Source of the DNA: Lytechinus pictus
Taxonomy: Eukaryota
Reading direction: 5' to 3'
Length of the DNA: 64,000 nucleotides
NCBI RefSeq assembly: GCF_037042905.1
Contig: NC_087257.1
Location: 21,762,001 to 21,826,000, forward strand
The number at the start of each line of letters is the position of its first letter. Position 1 is the first letter of the stretch. Of the stretch, positions 38,301 through 53,400 are shown piece by piece. The position numbers and the translations under genes are program-made. Under the pieces are notes generated by a model. It was given only the letters and a program-made list of their open reading frames with translations. It was not told the DNA's origin and made no database searches.

Positions 38301-41300
38301 GACATGCCAGATGTTCAACTTATTGCCAAATTTTTGTTAAAATAAAACTTGAAAATTCCAGGAAATATCTAAACTTCTATGAATTTCGGGAAATTTGGGA
38401 TTCACTTTCGGGAAATTGATAGGGTCTTTCTGACAAAATTCTGAGGCTGAGCTGTGGAAACACTGACTCACTCACTGAGACTGAGTGACACCGCCCCGCG
38501 GCACCGCGTTCCGTCCGTCCGACTCGAACTCAGCTCAGTCAGAGTCATGACTCGGACAGTCGGAGTTCGACGGACGAACGCAAAGTCGAGGAGAGACTAG
38601 TTAAGCAGATGCTACATTACCCCAAAGTCAAAGATTTGAATGAAAATTCATATAAGATACATTTATTTGGAATAGTACATTTGAAAATGACGCAAGAAAG
38701 CACATTATTTTACCTTAATCAGTGGCGGAACCAGCGCTTGAATGAGTTCTCTTCCACGCTAAATTGTTATTTAAATTTCAGTCTAAATATTTACGTTGTC
38801 TTTAAACTCTTCAAATTATCGCAAGGAAACGTATAATATCGATGGTTAAATGTTGATACAGATATATACCGTATATATGTGTGTATATATATAACTTATA
38901 ATGAAATAAAATGGGAACAAAAATGCAATATTATTTCATATTTTTTTCGAGAACAAATCTAAAACAAATTGAAAATAGACTATCAAACAGTAATCGGTTT
39001 TTATTTTTAACGGTTCAAGAATAACCGGAGTTCTGATTTGAGATCCGGAAAAAGATGGGTGGTAGCGCCAACGCCACAACAAATTCAATTCAATTCATGA
39101 ACAATTAAATTCAATTTAAGTTGCATAAGGCCTATTTGTTATTTTCATTATCGGGGTAATTAAAAAAGGGAATTAAGAGAGTGTGTGCAAGAGAGACAGA
39201 GTAATATTTACAAGAGGAATATTCTACCAGTGGCAGATACAGGGGGTGTAGTTCCTTATGTAGCCAATTTCAGGGTTTCGTGAGGCACACCCCCCATCCC
39301 GGCCCCCATCAAAAGAAAAAGAAGGAAATGTGAGAGAGAATAGGAAGAAAAAAACTTTCAGGTCATATATAAATAAAAATTTCCCTCATATTTCTGCTGC
39401 TATAGCTGTTGGGTGAGATAATGGGGGTGGGGAGTTAGGGGCCTCCATGCCTCCATGAGGGAGTGGGGATCATTGTCATTTTGGTCCAAGGGTGATGGAA
39501 TGGGGGGCGGAGGGGCCCCAAATAAAATTGGGAGTGGGGCAAAACAAGTTTTGACCCCATTTACCCCGGGCATTTACCCCACGGTTGTTCAAATGTTGTG
39601 CTGGGATCGGTAATTATAATTTAGAAGGGAAGCGTAATGAAGAAACTTTGGAGAAAGTTATACAGTTCAAATCACTCTGGTATTTAATCATCAGTTACAG
39701 TTTACAATTCGAAGTACATGAAGATTCAGGTATAACAGGAGACGATGAATATAATTATTTCGAAGTATAAGATTAAGAGTCGGAGTGAAGTTAAAATAAT
39801 ATTCGATGGACGTCTAAGTCTTGAAGTCAGTCAGTCTACTCTATATCTGGATGAATGTGGGTCTAGTATTCTACTGTATATATTATATATCTCTAATAAT
39901 CAAGAAGTCTTATTTATATCATTAGTTTTGGGGGTGTAACAATTTACGGTGGGAGTGATCTAAACTTGATCTGATTGGTCTAACTGTCTTATCAAACTTT
40001 TTCTGGTATAAGGGGTGTGGTGATGCTCTGTGCAAGTGACTGGGGCTGGAAGTGTGAGTCATACTTCTTCCTTGAAGTTAGCTGACGTCACTGAGGGTTG
40101 GTCTTTTTATGGTCAAGGTTTAGGAGTTAAATGGTATTGGGGGTTTGTGAATTCTTAGATGACATTGGGGGAGTTTGTAAACAAGTTAAGGTGAATGACT
40201 TAAAGGATAACAGGAAGTTAAATACATACTACATAACACAAATACAAAGAATAAACAATAAATTTAAGGCACTTTTCTTGTCTAAAAATGATTTATCATC
40301 TCTGATGGGGCACTGCAAAGTATTAGTATAAGTTGTAGCTTGCATCCTCCGACAAGTGAAACAATTATGATTCCCTTGGTAGACCCTTTCATTTTCTCCT
40401 AAATGTTTCTAGCAATATATGAATATTTTTAATTGCTCGATCGAACAATGTATTTAATAAGGGGTGGCAATCCTGTGGCCGGGGCCAGGGGCGATATATA
40501 AAATGATGTACATAATAGTGCCCTTAGTTTTTTTAAGCACAAAAACTGCCCTTTTACCCAAGAAAAATGCCCCCTTAAAAACGTGTTAGGTGCCCATTTC
40601 ATCTTAGAAGAAACAGTTTTGTTAACGAGTACACCTTGGTTTCTTTAAGTGCCAATTCTCGCATCGGATAAATTACCTTTTTTAAATCTCTCTTTTGGTT
40701 CCAAATCAGTGCCTGTTCTGCTTTGCAAGTGCATGATCCCTTCCGAAATGTGTTTTTTTTTTGCCCGACCTTATTATTAATGAAATTCCTCTTCTGCACT
40801 GAGCTTCCCCTTTCACCTTTTACTCAACAGCCTTATTTTTACTCAAAAGCCTTATTTTCTTTCTAGATTTGTCAAAAGTTTAATTCTTTTGAATGTAAGG
40901 TATATAGTTGCAAGTTGCCCCCTTCTCTAAAATTTCCCAAAGCCCGTAGGGGGAAAATGTTTTACTTACAAATATAAATGTGCCCCTTGGGAGGTCAATA
41001 TGATCGTTATAATTTGTGCATTTTCATCCGCGTATTTGATACTCTTCTATTTTATGCATCATTGTGTAATATTTTTTCCATCTTTTATTCACTAAACATT
41101 ATTCTCATAGAGGGCATCTGGCTTCTCACTTTTGGCAGTGCAATCTGAGAGGCATATAAATCGCCTCTCTCGATCCCATTCGGTGATAAAATGGCCCATG
41201 TTTATGTTTTCTTCAAGCAATTAAAAGTGTCTTTCTTGAGGGAATTTACCGTCATATACTTCCTCTTCAACAAACAAAACTCATTTCAAAGGCAATATTT

Positions 41301-42397
41301 TTCAAACACACAAGAAAAAATTCATAGTAAGAAAAAATCACATACAAATTTTCCCTTTTTTCAAAAATAATTTAGCTAATCAGAAATCCTCTTCAAAAGA
41401 TTTTCGCGCAACTCAACTGATTGTAAAATATCTACATCTACTTCCCCCTTTTGACATAGGATAAGAGTAATTTTTACTTTGCCCTGCCCAAAAAACTAAA
41501 ATACGTCCCATAACCCCTGATCCCGAGTGCTGCACGTAATTCCATTAACACTTAAGCGTTCTATCATATAAGTTAGGGTGGATGCTTTTTGTTTGTTTTA
41601 AGAAAGTGCCCTTGCCAACAAAGAAGTGTTCACCAGTGTCCCCCCCCCCCCCCATTAATTTTATTAACCGCCCTTGAGACATGTTTAACCTTTTAATGAT
41701 TACATTTCAGACTAAAACATGTATAAATAGGCGATTCTAAAAGGATATTGCATGACAAATGTCACTTCGGAATTGTTTTTGAGTTGACAAAAGCACAAAA
41801 AAATTTGATTGATCATAATACGTGAAAACCTATATTATGCTCACACTGTGCATACTTAGTAAAATGAATAGTTGTCGCAAGAAAGTCACAGTTCTTCGCA
41901 TTGAATTTTTATTGTTTTCACATCCCCTATTTTTTTAATGCTCACAGTTAAAGTTATAAACGCGAGTCCTATATACTCTGTTTTTACACAAAGTCACTTT
42001 GATCTCTCGCCATCGATCACACCATGGACCTAATAGGTCCATGATCACACACTCGCAAAATTGTCTCCCTTAAAGATTTGCCCTTACCCCTCCCCCAAAT
42101 TTTTTAAAATAAAAATACAAGTGCACCAACGCACCTAATTTGATTTGACCACCTGGTCAAACCCCCTCTAATTAGCGAAAAAAATGCATAAAATTTAGCA
42201 AGCTTTTAATAGACTTCATAATGTTATATACCGATCATCTTTTTTCTTCAATCCTCGCCAGCCCGGTCTTGAAATGTTGTTTTTTTTTTGTCCTTTTTCT
42301 TCATTTTTCCAATTTAACCTTTGGCTCATTCTACCTTCATTTCCTGATTTTGTTTGCCATTTTATTGTAATTCATTTCCCTTTTTAGCTGATCATGT

Positions 42398-42564
42398 CAT
42401 GGGCGGAAATCTGTCCCCATAGGTAGGGGGGACCACGGGCTGGAAAACTTGACAAGCCGAAAAATAAAAGGTCTTCACCCAAAATGTAAGGTCATATAGT
42501 CGAAAATACATGTATTATTTCGAATGTGAATGATATTGTGTCCCCCTGTGATTTGGCGCCCATG
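42398..42564. mobile_element. hAT-type MITE
   Basis: CATGGGCG / CGCCCATG termini; TSD GATCATGT / AATCATGT (7 of 8). Confidence 0.7.
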
Positions 42565-44361
42565 AATCATGTTAATGTATTAGTATTTCAAAATGATACG
42601 TTTTTTCTCCCATGTTCTTCTTTCCTTTCTTTTACCCTTTTTCATGTTTATTCTTTTCACTTTTCCCTTTCTCCTTTTCTTTCCCTTTCCCTTTCTTTCT
42701 TTCTCCCCTTTTTCTTTTCCAGTTTTTTTACTAATCCGCCAGGGGGTAGCTTGCCCCCCCGCCTGTTACGCCACTGTTCCTTTGTCAGTTTAGACGTTGA
42801 AAGAGTTTACTGTTCTGTTTTCTAGAAACGTATTCAAACTATGCTTGATATAGCAACAACTTGAAATTTAAATTTTCAATTGAATTTAATGACAAAAGCT
42901 TCTGCGTCATAAATTGACAATATTTTTATTAACTCATAAATTATACTTCAGATGTGGAAAGTGGCATCATTTACTTAAATGTTTCAGATTGGTTTCCATG
43001 CAAAATTGGTCTTCATGCAAAAGGACCTAAATTCCCCAAATAGAAGAGTCATATAAAGTAAAGGTCATCTGCAAGATTTTTTTATTGTCATTTTTGTTAC
43101 CGATAATGATGAAGCTCAAACCTCTAGAAAGAACTTCAATGGAAACGTAGATATGGATGGAATAAATAAGAAAATATTGATTCATGAAGAATGAAGAATA
43201 ATAAAAAATGGATTTACTCCGTTCTGCACGTTCATGCAAGTTCTTCATAATAAATTATAAAGAAACAATCGGTGGCTTTTACATAAGAAATTAACATCTA
43301 ACAATATACAAGTAGGTCTAAATATAGACCAATATAACAACTTACTCATTGAAAATATGTGATATATATAAAAAATATATAAATTTAATGAGGAGTTGTG
43401 TAAGCACTATTGTGTGAATAAAACAAGTGGCTCGTCGCGAACTTGGCCCCCCGGAAAAAAGACTATATACGTTTTGCTACATTCGTAACGCCATATCATG
43501 CATATTGAGGTTGTCAAAAACGATGTAAACCAAATGTCTATTGCACACTCTCACTTTTCTCTTTCTCCTTTTGTTTTATTCATTTGTTTTAATTGCTTCA
43601 CAATCGAAGGGGAAGTCACGAATTCTCATTGCGATATCACCCAAGAATGCTCATGATGCTAGACAAAGCTTGATTCTACACCAGTAAAAATATATTGTTG
43701 ATCGAATATTTGAAAATGCCTGTTGGTCGCTAGCCCTCGGTATTTTTTTTAAATTGTCATTTAATATGCACAGTGATTCATACCTGTATTGTAGAAGAGT
43801 GTTCCTCGTGACGTCGTTTATGACGTAATAGAGCACTGGGAACGATTTTTTTTTAACAGGAGTTGCTGATATAAATTTGACAAGCAAAAGGGTGTCTCTA
43901 CAAAATAAGTTCATATTTGGTCCCCAGAAGTTTGATTAGCAGAAAAGGGTTTAACTACAAAATGTAGGTCTTTTTTTTGCTTGTAAAAATTGTATTGGAA
44001 CAAACCACCTTTATTCTTAGCGAAAGCCCCCCTTTTTTCTTGTGAAATTTCTCCTGGCCAAAATACCTCATTTTGTAGTGACCCCCTTTTTTTCTTGTCA
44101 AATCTTAATCAGCACCCCTGTTAAAAAGCACTCCCAGGACCTTGGCATTGCACGTCATAAAAATACTATTTTACCAACAAAATGAAGCAGGCTTTTTTCA
44201 AACAAGCTTTATGATAAAAAAGGAAACAATGCGAGCGCAAAGGGCCACCCGAGACCTCTTGATAATTATACTAACTTGAAAACAACACATTTTAGAAAAC
44301 TCATTGCCGGTACAAATCAAGAGCATAAGTAGGCCTATTTCACTAACGAAAGTAGTTCGTA

Positions 44362-44608
44362 CACTGTAAAAAAAATATTGGGTAAAATTTTAACCAGAAC
44401 GAGGGTAATTATTGTGTCCAACCAATTTTGGGCAGTATTTTACCCAATGCGGTAAGCATATTGTCCAGTAAGGTTAAAAATAAGCAGCAATTACTTTAGA
44501 ATGGGCAAAATTTTCATCAGACTGGATAAATAAAGAAGAAATGCCCAATGTTGGTTGGACACATATTTACCCCCATGGTGCACTTCAACCCAATATCTTT
44601 TTAGATTG
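44362..44608. mobile_element. Palindromic MITE with CACTGTAAAA-type terminus
   Basis: Inverted arms ATATTGGGT..TGTGTCCAACCAA..TTGGGCA / TGCCCAA..TTGGTTGGACACA..ACCCAATAT. Confidence 0.65.
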
Positions 44609-44769
44609 TAAGCACGAAGCGCGATGTAAAAAAAAAAATGGTATCGACACCTGAAATACGGACATTTTGAGCATGTTAGTGGTACTAGACAAGATATTAT
44701 CTCAATAAAAAAATACACGTAATACCGACCCCCCCAAAAAAAAATGAATTGAGCAGTTTCAGTTATATT

Positions 44770-46505
44770 TTTTCTCATTTCCAACAAAACAGACAAAATC
44801 CATGATAAATGCATGTTTATAACCATTGAAATGTAATAAAGAAACATGTAACACAATATATATATATTCATCTAAATTATATATTTGAAACTTAATATGG
44901 ATCACGAAATATTTGTGGCTGAAAATAACATGCTGGAAATAGAGAGGTCCACTGTGAAGCTGTGCTTGTAAATCGTGGACCCCTCAAATCAAATTATTCA
45001 TTAATATTAAATTACATAATTAAAATAATGATAGTGGCCAAAAGAGGGGGGAAAATGTGAAATAAACAATAGCATGATGCATGAAATGAGTACTTTACGA
45101 AGAATAACGAGGAGAGAAGATGAGTAGAACTAAAATAAGAAAAAGTTTCACAGGTGATGTATAACGAGTATGAAATAAACGCGCAAAGGAAACGGATCAA
45201 AGTGTATGCCTGGTTGAGCAGTGGTGACGAGTTCTTCGGATACCAACAATAATAACAATGACAGTAATAATAGAGATAATAATAATGTTAATGATGTTGA
45301 TAATCATAATAATAATAGTAATCATGATACTAATAACAAAAATAATCATGATAATAGTGATAATATTGACAATACAAGAAGGGACAATAAGTACAACAAG
45401 GAGAGCTAGGTTTTATACGAAACCAATAAAAATGTCTTCAGTTTTCTTTTGAAGACTGCGAGTGAAGGGGAGTTTTTCAAATCTATGCGCAAAGTATTCC
45501 AAAATTTAAGACCTTCAAAAATGAATGTATTTTGTGCTGAAAGTGTTTTTAGTAAAGGTAAATGAAATTCTTCAGACTGTCTAGTGGGATATTTATGAAT
45601 AGTTTGATTCTTTATAAACATGTCACGAAAAACTAAGGGAAGAGCACCAGAATTGAATTTATACATAAATTCTCCAAGATGAAACAAGTAGAGATCGTTT
45701 ACTTTGAGAATATTATCTTCTAGGAAAAGTGGATCCGAGTGGGCACGAAACGGAGCATTGCAGATTATACGAATTACTTTTTTTTGTAACAATATAATTT
45801 TTTCTAACAGAGTTTGATGAGTGTTTCCCCAAAGCAAAAGTCCATAATTTAGGCAGGGTAAAACAAGAGAATAATAAAGAATAAGCAAAGATGGTTGTGG
45901 AAGATGTGATTTTAGTCTATTAATGATACCAATATTTCGAGAGATTGTTTTGCAAATATTTTCGATATGTAATTTCCAGGAGAGCTTGCTATCAACCAAA
46001 ACACCTTAAATTTTTGTATGAGAAACTTGCTTAAATTGGGTATTGTCACACATATTTTGAGTTGGTAATGAAGCTAAGGAGTTACTAAATAATATGTAAT
46101 TCGTCTGCAAAAGATTTAATGATAGTTTATTGGTCCTTATCCATTCTAAAACATTTCGCAACTCTGCATTGACGACATCAACAAGAACATTTGGACGATT
46201 TATGAAAATCATTTATATAAAGAATAAACAACAAAGGGCCTAAAAGACTCCCTTGTGGAACACCACAAGTAATATTTCTAAAATCAAATTCTTGCTCATT
46301 TAAATAAACAAATTGTTTTCTGTTAGAGAGGTAAACTCCTGAACCACTCCAAGGCCTTTCCACGGACACCGATATGATTGAGTTTATAAAGTAAAATGTC
46401 ATGATTTATCGCATCGAAGGCCTTGGAGAAGTCCAGGAATATACCAACTGTGTGAGAAGAAGAGTCAATTGAATGGGCAACCTTTTCTACAAAAGTCATT
46501 AACCA
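44770..46505 (-). mobile_element. 5'-truncated, decayed CR1/L2-group LINE (RT C-terminal half plus 3' UTR)
   Basis: GIFLDFSKAFDAINHDILL, CGVPQGSLLGPLLFILYIND, WIRTNKLSLN, HKYPTR, FKRKLK across frameshifted ORFs 45406-46553; (F/Y)ADD segment missing; 3' UTR stem-loop at ~44943-44985. Confidence 0.9.
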
Positions 46506-47410
46506 AGGTTGATTTTTTTTTTTAATTTCAAAACTTTGAAAGTGTGCATGCATGAATCTAGATCATGAAACTTGGACATATAAGAGTAATGGAGTATCCG
46601 TGAACATCCTACATGAGTTTCACGTCTCATGACCAAGATAGGCTTAGAAACATTATCCAAGTAATACTTTTGCTAAAATCAATCTATGGCGCTATTTCAA
46701 GTACACGTACACTTTTATTTAGTCAAACACAGAAAGTTGTGAACTAGGATTGTTTTTTTTTTATTGTAAGCTAATGGGGAAGAATTATTCAAAATAATTT
46801 GCGAACATGATAAAAACAACTTCATTGTCGTAAAATTTTTAACAATCGTGTTAACAGTTTCTTATATCAAGGTGACATTATGAGAAAGGTTCGTCAAATC
46901 AGCTCGTATGGAAGTCAAATAATGAATGCAAACTTTCATTAGTGTGATCAATAACTCTAGAGAATTCATGACATACAGAATCACTTCAAAGATTGGCGAT
47001 ATAAATTTACAGTTTACACTTCCAAATACCCTGTACATTTTACAAAATATTTCATAAATATTACAAAAAATGCTGAGATTTTTGGGAGCATCAGAGATAT
47101 TCACCAGTTGTTACCGATATACTCAGAGGTTTTTTTTTTTCCAGATGCCTGACAATGCCTGGGTTAACGAAGGGGTTTACTACTTTTTTTCAAAAAGAAA
47201 AGTATGCGTTATATCATTTGAGCCTATAATCTTAGCTTTATCAAAGTCATAAGCGACCATAACTTTGATCTCTTAGTTTAATTTGCGGGTTTTGTTTACA
47301 TTCTTAGACGAATAGCGGGGTTTACCGAACTAATTCATAAGGGAGAACATTCCCTGGCTGGATAGATAACACCCTTGTTATATTATATGCGCTTAATAAT
47401 AGGGATTCAT

Positions 47411-50400
47411 TTATACAAGGTCTTCGTTGGATTTGGGCCTATCTTTCTCCTCATCGTTATGATTATCATCCGCGACGGTGATCTTGATCTTATGGTTTAA
47501 GAAGAGCTGGACCCACTTCAACTTCCGGAGCTTCTTGGGTATCTTGAGCTGGGCAGCCGATGCCGATGAGGTCTCCAGTAGAAGTCCCCTGAAGTTGGAG
47601 AAGGCGTATTGATCGAGGAAGATGACCCGAGGAGGGCCCAGCTTGCTTTTCTCCCTGCACCTGTCGTAAGACTCCGAGAAGGTTTTCAGATTGGCGTCAA
47701 ATTCGGCCTCAAACTGCGAGTAAAAAGAATTGAATTCATGTATTTGGTTCTGTATTTAATGCAATTTTCATCATTTAGTGGCATGGAAAAAATCATTCTT
47801 TAAAGATCAGGAGAAAGTTTCATGAAAAGACTATCCGACAAGTCCCATGCTATCCGACAGTGCTTCTCAGCCAATCAAAATCAAGGAAAGATGACAGATC
47901 TGACAACTTGTCGGAATAAAATATTGATGAAACGCCGCTCCAGAATGAGCTATATAACTGGCTTTCAGTTCCCTTGGCAGGTAGTGACGCAAATGATCAC
48001 TCCAATTTGGAGTGGAATAAGAGGGAACGTATACAAGAAAGAAAATTTCAAACGGATTGTTAAATGGATAAAATTAACTCGACTACAAGAGAAAGTCATG
48101 CAAAGTGCCGCCCCCCCCCCATTCGGCTGGCTAAAAAAGTGACTCAAAGCTGCTGGTGCCCCCCCCCCCTCCCCAATGCCGTGACCCAAGGTACGCCACT
48201 GATTCATCCTTTTAAGAGTTGTGGTGTCTCTTGCTTATGATGCTCGGCAAATCGTTGTATTAAACTCGTACACGTAAAGCTCCTATAATAATGACCACGA
48301 TATATCTGTTGATAGAGCATTTGTTCCAATGGAAATGCCACCTAAGTCCTATGGGAGCGCATATTTGGACGTTATCATAATGTGATATGCGCAATTTTGT
48401 GTTATTATTGGTGTTATTAAAAAAAGGAATATCATTATACCTTCATGTGTTCAGTGATGTCTGATGCCAGCTTTGTGTCTTTGGCAGCTGAAAGCTCAAC
48501 AAAGATGACGTAATAAAGAATGTCCGTTGACAAGTCATCATTGGCACCTTAGAGAATAGGGGAAGAGATTGATGAAGAAATTCTGATTTATGGGATGTAC
48601 AAGAGTATTATTATGCGTCTCTGACACTAGCAGATGATAATGAAAAAGACCAATATTTCCAGAGCGAGAGGACAATATTGAGGTTTTCTAGCATAATATA
48701 AAAAGGGGTCCTTTTATGTCGGATGGTTATGGTTTAATGATGAGACATAATTAGTGAGAAATACAAAATGTTAATCATTCAAAGCAGATGAAATCGCGTT
48801 TTGAATGGCCATTGTTTTGACAGATGCACAGATTCGATCTTGCAATTGTCTCCTTGTTCCTCTCGATCAATTTCTCCCACCCCCTCTCTCTCTCTCTACC
48901 CCCCCCTCCGATCTATCAACAATCTCTCTTTCTTACTGTCTCACTCAGGCACCCCCACTTTTTTTTTTTTTTGTAAACGTGGATGCCTACAAACGTGAAA
49001 AATAAACATCCAATTGTAATTTTTTGCATGCTGAGCCCCCACACTTTAAAAATCGTTCTGCGACCCCCTGTCACCACTGGGTGCTGTACATACCTCTTGC
49101 TTCATCATACAGGGGGCTCTCCGCACACACGTAGTGGGCGATGCCGACGTCGTCCCATTTCTCTGCTGTTTCATTCAAAGCTTTGGTCACTGCTATTTCA
49201 GATGTTTTCTCCGCACAAAGACTCAACAGTTCTCCGTTCCTGTTTTTTAAGTATATAATTAATATCAACATCATTTACGTTTGGATATATGAATAACAGT
49301 AGAATGTTAAGCAATTATGAAGTCAAGTAATCTGCCCCTAATAATAATAATAATGCTAAAAAAATAATCATATAAAATTGGATGTGGGGGGGGGGGGCCT
49401 CGTTTACCATATCGTTCTTTTTTTATCCTTCCTCTGCCTGGATGACTTCACTATCCACTTTTACCGCATCTTTTTTTATTTCTTAAATTGCCGCATTTGC
49501 TACGTTTGATCCCCTCAAATTTTTTGGCTCATTATGATTATACGCCACTATGAGTTCAAGTGACCCGAGCTGATGAAACAACCATGAGATAATGATCATG
49601 AAAGGGAACGATGTCTGGAATAACTTTCAGTTCTTTCCGATGATAGCCTTGTTATTTCCTTGGTTGTAAAGATCAGGGGCGGGTCCGGGATTTTCCAAGG
49701 AAGGAGGAGGCACATTTTCCCGAGGAAAAAATTGACAAGCAGTGCCCAGCAAAAAGAAAAAAACATCACTTTCAAAAGGGTGGGCACAATTCTGTTTTAA
49801 CGGCATTTTTACATTACAAATTTTAATTGTGCCTCTCAAGGGGGGGGGGGGGGCATGGGCCGGCTGTGCCCCTCCCCCGGATCCGCCAGTGGTAAAGATT
49901 TCATTGACAACATGATCTACTTTACTTGTACTATTATTAGTGGCATAATGATGAACCAAAATGCTGAGTGAGTGCAATATTATTTTTCGTACTCTGAAAA
50001 CCCATGATAATTTTCGAGCGAGATTACATTATTCATTCTGTCATAGATTTGAAAGGTAAAAATAATTACAATTTGCCCCTTTTCACTCGCAAAATGAAAG
50101 CATTTATTAAATGGTATCTAAACGGGCCAGATAATCAAGAAAATTTAATTTCATTTGAAACTTCAATGGAAATCTTTATATTCAATATAGAGCAGGTGTA
50201 AATGATTAGGAATTTAGGTTAACAAATCAATTACATTTATTACCTGTATTGAAATTGGAAGATGGGTGTGGTGTTGAAGAATCCAGTGATAAGGACGACA
50301 TCACCCATTCTGTATCTATAGAGACCGTCTGTGTTAGTAATGACGAGCTCATAGCTTTCTCCGACTCGAACCTCATCCATGAGTAGAGTACCCGGATTTT

Positions 50401-53400
50401 CATCATCGCTTGAAAGTCGAAAATTGTCAGTGATTATAACCAAAGCATGAAAAGGTTAGCATAAATATGAGTTGTTCATGAAAATCATTAGGTTACTCCT
50501 TAATGTTTCAATGAGAGAAGATGCGTGTGATGGATCAGAAAGAGAGGGAAGGAGAGAGAGGGAGGGGGATGAGGGAGGTGAAAGAATTGTATGGTCAATC
50601 ATAGCAATAAAAGTTTGTTTTTTGTTGAACTGAATTTTTATTCATAGTTAAAAACAAAATATAACAGTTGCCCGCAATCAGCACAGTAGCTGTTTTTTTT
50701 CAGTGCGGCCGTTACTAAAAGATATAATTCAACATTACAAGAATAAAAGAAAGTTATAAAGAAACAAAAACATTCAAATATAACCAAACAAAATGTTTCA
50801 ATTTCTTAAGTATTTCGGCGTACATTCGTGTTATTATAATTATTTTTAATTCTCCTCCTTTGTTAATGATTTTTGATGTTTACATCAGATCGATTTTCCA
50901 CTAACACTATTACACTAACCAATAAGCAGCCGGTATAAATTCACAGAATATACCGCTTGCTGCGCACACGTATTTCGTTTGTCCGTCATCCGGGAACTCA
51001 CAAGCGTATCCGATAAGCCCCTCAGTTGAAATATAGAAACCCGACAGTATTTTTAGATCTGCAAATGAATCGAAGTGGAAATGAAGTTATGACATAGTAA
51101 TGCAGTTTGAAAAGCATTATAATTACTAACATGCCGCTATGATCAAATAAATTAGTAGGGTGTACTAACTTGCTTATAATTTGTGGGTTAAATACAAAAT
51201 GAATAAATATTTGGGGGTAATATTCATACACTTTTATAGGGGAGTACATCGTATGGATTTATTTATTTATTTTTTAATGAACACGATAATTCACAGAACA
51301 TGGTTTTAACAATCTATACCAACCAAATAACGGGCAAATAATCCCCTTATCATTTTATCAAAACAACGTCCAAATCTACAAATTAAAAGGATCTGTTTAA
51401 AGGGAAAAACTATTGAATTGTGAGACCTGACAGTCGTTCAAAACAGCCATTCAATGTATTTTGAAATTACCATAGAGTATAAGGGATTGAAAAATAAAGA
51501 GATAAATATGGGCAAGTGCATGCGATTCTGGTATTGTCAGATTCACAATATGTTAGGAGTATAGCAGATGGACGCGTCATATGGACCTACTACTCTAGGT
51601 TCATGGTCATACTAACGAAACCGATACCAAACCGACCAACATGACCAATGGTATGTCATTGGTAATAACAAATTAGATTTGGTCGGTCTGTATTCGATTT
51701 ATCCGATGAGACTGTGACAATAGGGATTTTTTGCGATGCGACGCAGAACGAATTCAAGAACATAGAAATGCATTGTCAAATTAATGCCCTTCCTGTCTTC
51801 ATGACAACGAGACACCAAGGAATCTTTCGTCATGGACTCGGGAGAAACGACATATTTGCTTTTTTTCTTCAGCTCTGAAACTTAGGACAACACAGCTCTT
51901 ACGGTTCACAAACTTTCGACAAAGACCTCCCAGCTATCCTTTGTCATTTGAAGGGCATATTTAAAAAATTTACTACTTTTTTTATCCGTTCTGCGTCGCG
52001 GTATGAAAACTTCCAATTAGGAACTCACCTCCGCAATACTTCTTGAGCCGTGAAACAAATGGTTGCATAGAACCAGACGTAACACCATACAGCACAGGCA
52101 TTCTTGGCCATAACCTTCTAACAATGTTATCGAATCCCTTGCGGAACTGTCTCTCTATCTCATAGGCTCTCATGGGCATTGGGTAGAGGAATCTGTTGAG
52201 TTCTTCCCGGTCCCTGGAAGATAGGGCCTTCAGCTTGTCAGATATGGAACCATTCCGGATATCTTGGACCAGCATATTCCAGGAGACCTCTAGGAAACGG
52301 AAGAAGATGAAGAGCGAGGAGGCGAACGGGGCCCAGATGCTTCCAAGGTCTTCATCTCGAAGCGCGAAAAGGGCGTGAATGTACATAGAAGTTGGCTCGT
52401 GTACGATGCTGGATCCAAGCGATGGTGTGCAGAATAGTATCTCCCGCATGGCATCGGACATCATGAACCGGGTCACCGACCCGACAGGGGTGCCCCCTTC
52501 TGAGAAACCGATCGCACCATGGGCTAAAAGCGAACATGTCATTTGTAAGGGTCCTGGATCCGGAATGCCAGCGCGATTCCGAAGGGTTGACGTGATCGCA
52601 TTCCCCTTCCTAGTGATGGCTTTCATGTATTCCTCGGTAACCGGAAACACTTTGGCCAGACCTGTAGTGCCCGAGGTCTTGCCAAGGACACTGGGCTTTT
52701 GATGGAACATGATTCCTTGCTCCCCCTTGGCTACCCGCTTGATGTAACTTCGATAATGGTTGTAGGTTGTCAAGGGATGTGTCTTGATGAAATCTTCTAC
52801 GGTAGTGATGTCCTTCAGGTTGAAATCTTTGCCATACTCGGTGTCCTTGTGCGTCCGGATTGTCCTCAAGAGGAACTCTGTCTGGGCCTTTGTACAGTCC
52901 TCATTGCTCTTTTGGAAAGCATTGAAGTGTTTTCGCTTCATCAGCCACAGCATCCAATAAAAAGCATACTTGAGAATGAATATTTGGATAGAGATGAAGG
53001 GACTGCAGTACTGGATGCACATGTTGAATGTTAATAAAGATCCACATATCGACATTCCGATCCCCAAACCTACATAAATCAGTGAATGAATGCAAGAGGG
53101 AAAGTATAGAGAATGATAATGAAATATATGTATCAAGGCCTTTCACGAATGTCACATGAAAAAAAATCTAGGGAATAAACGTAAACTATAACTGACTCCT
53201 GTCATTTTTTGTATTTTACTATAGGGTTGCCTTATTTCTATACCAGGTGGGTGTTTCATAAAGCTGTTCGTAAGTTAAGAGCGACTTTAAGAACGACTGT
53301 TGAACCTTTCTTATGCGCTAAATAATTACCATTGAACATGGTGAATATCATTTACCACACAAGAAAGGATCACCAGTCGTTCTTAAAGTCACTCTCACGA

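Noticed and set aside
39590-40200. Possible decayed retroelement coding fragment (also ~4080-4420, ~56500-57200)
   Set aside because: No diagnostic motif could be read confidently by eye.
47630-47660. Suspected frameshift in the last GHDC exon
   Set aside because: Recounting gives GAG AAA AGC AAG CTG; the exon is 303 nt and open to TAA at 47411-47413.
51982-53136. 384-aa ORF as a stand-alone single-exon gene
   Set aside because: It is GHDC exon 2 (52029-53069) with read-through into the flanking introns.
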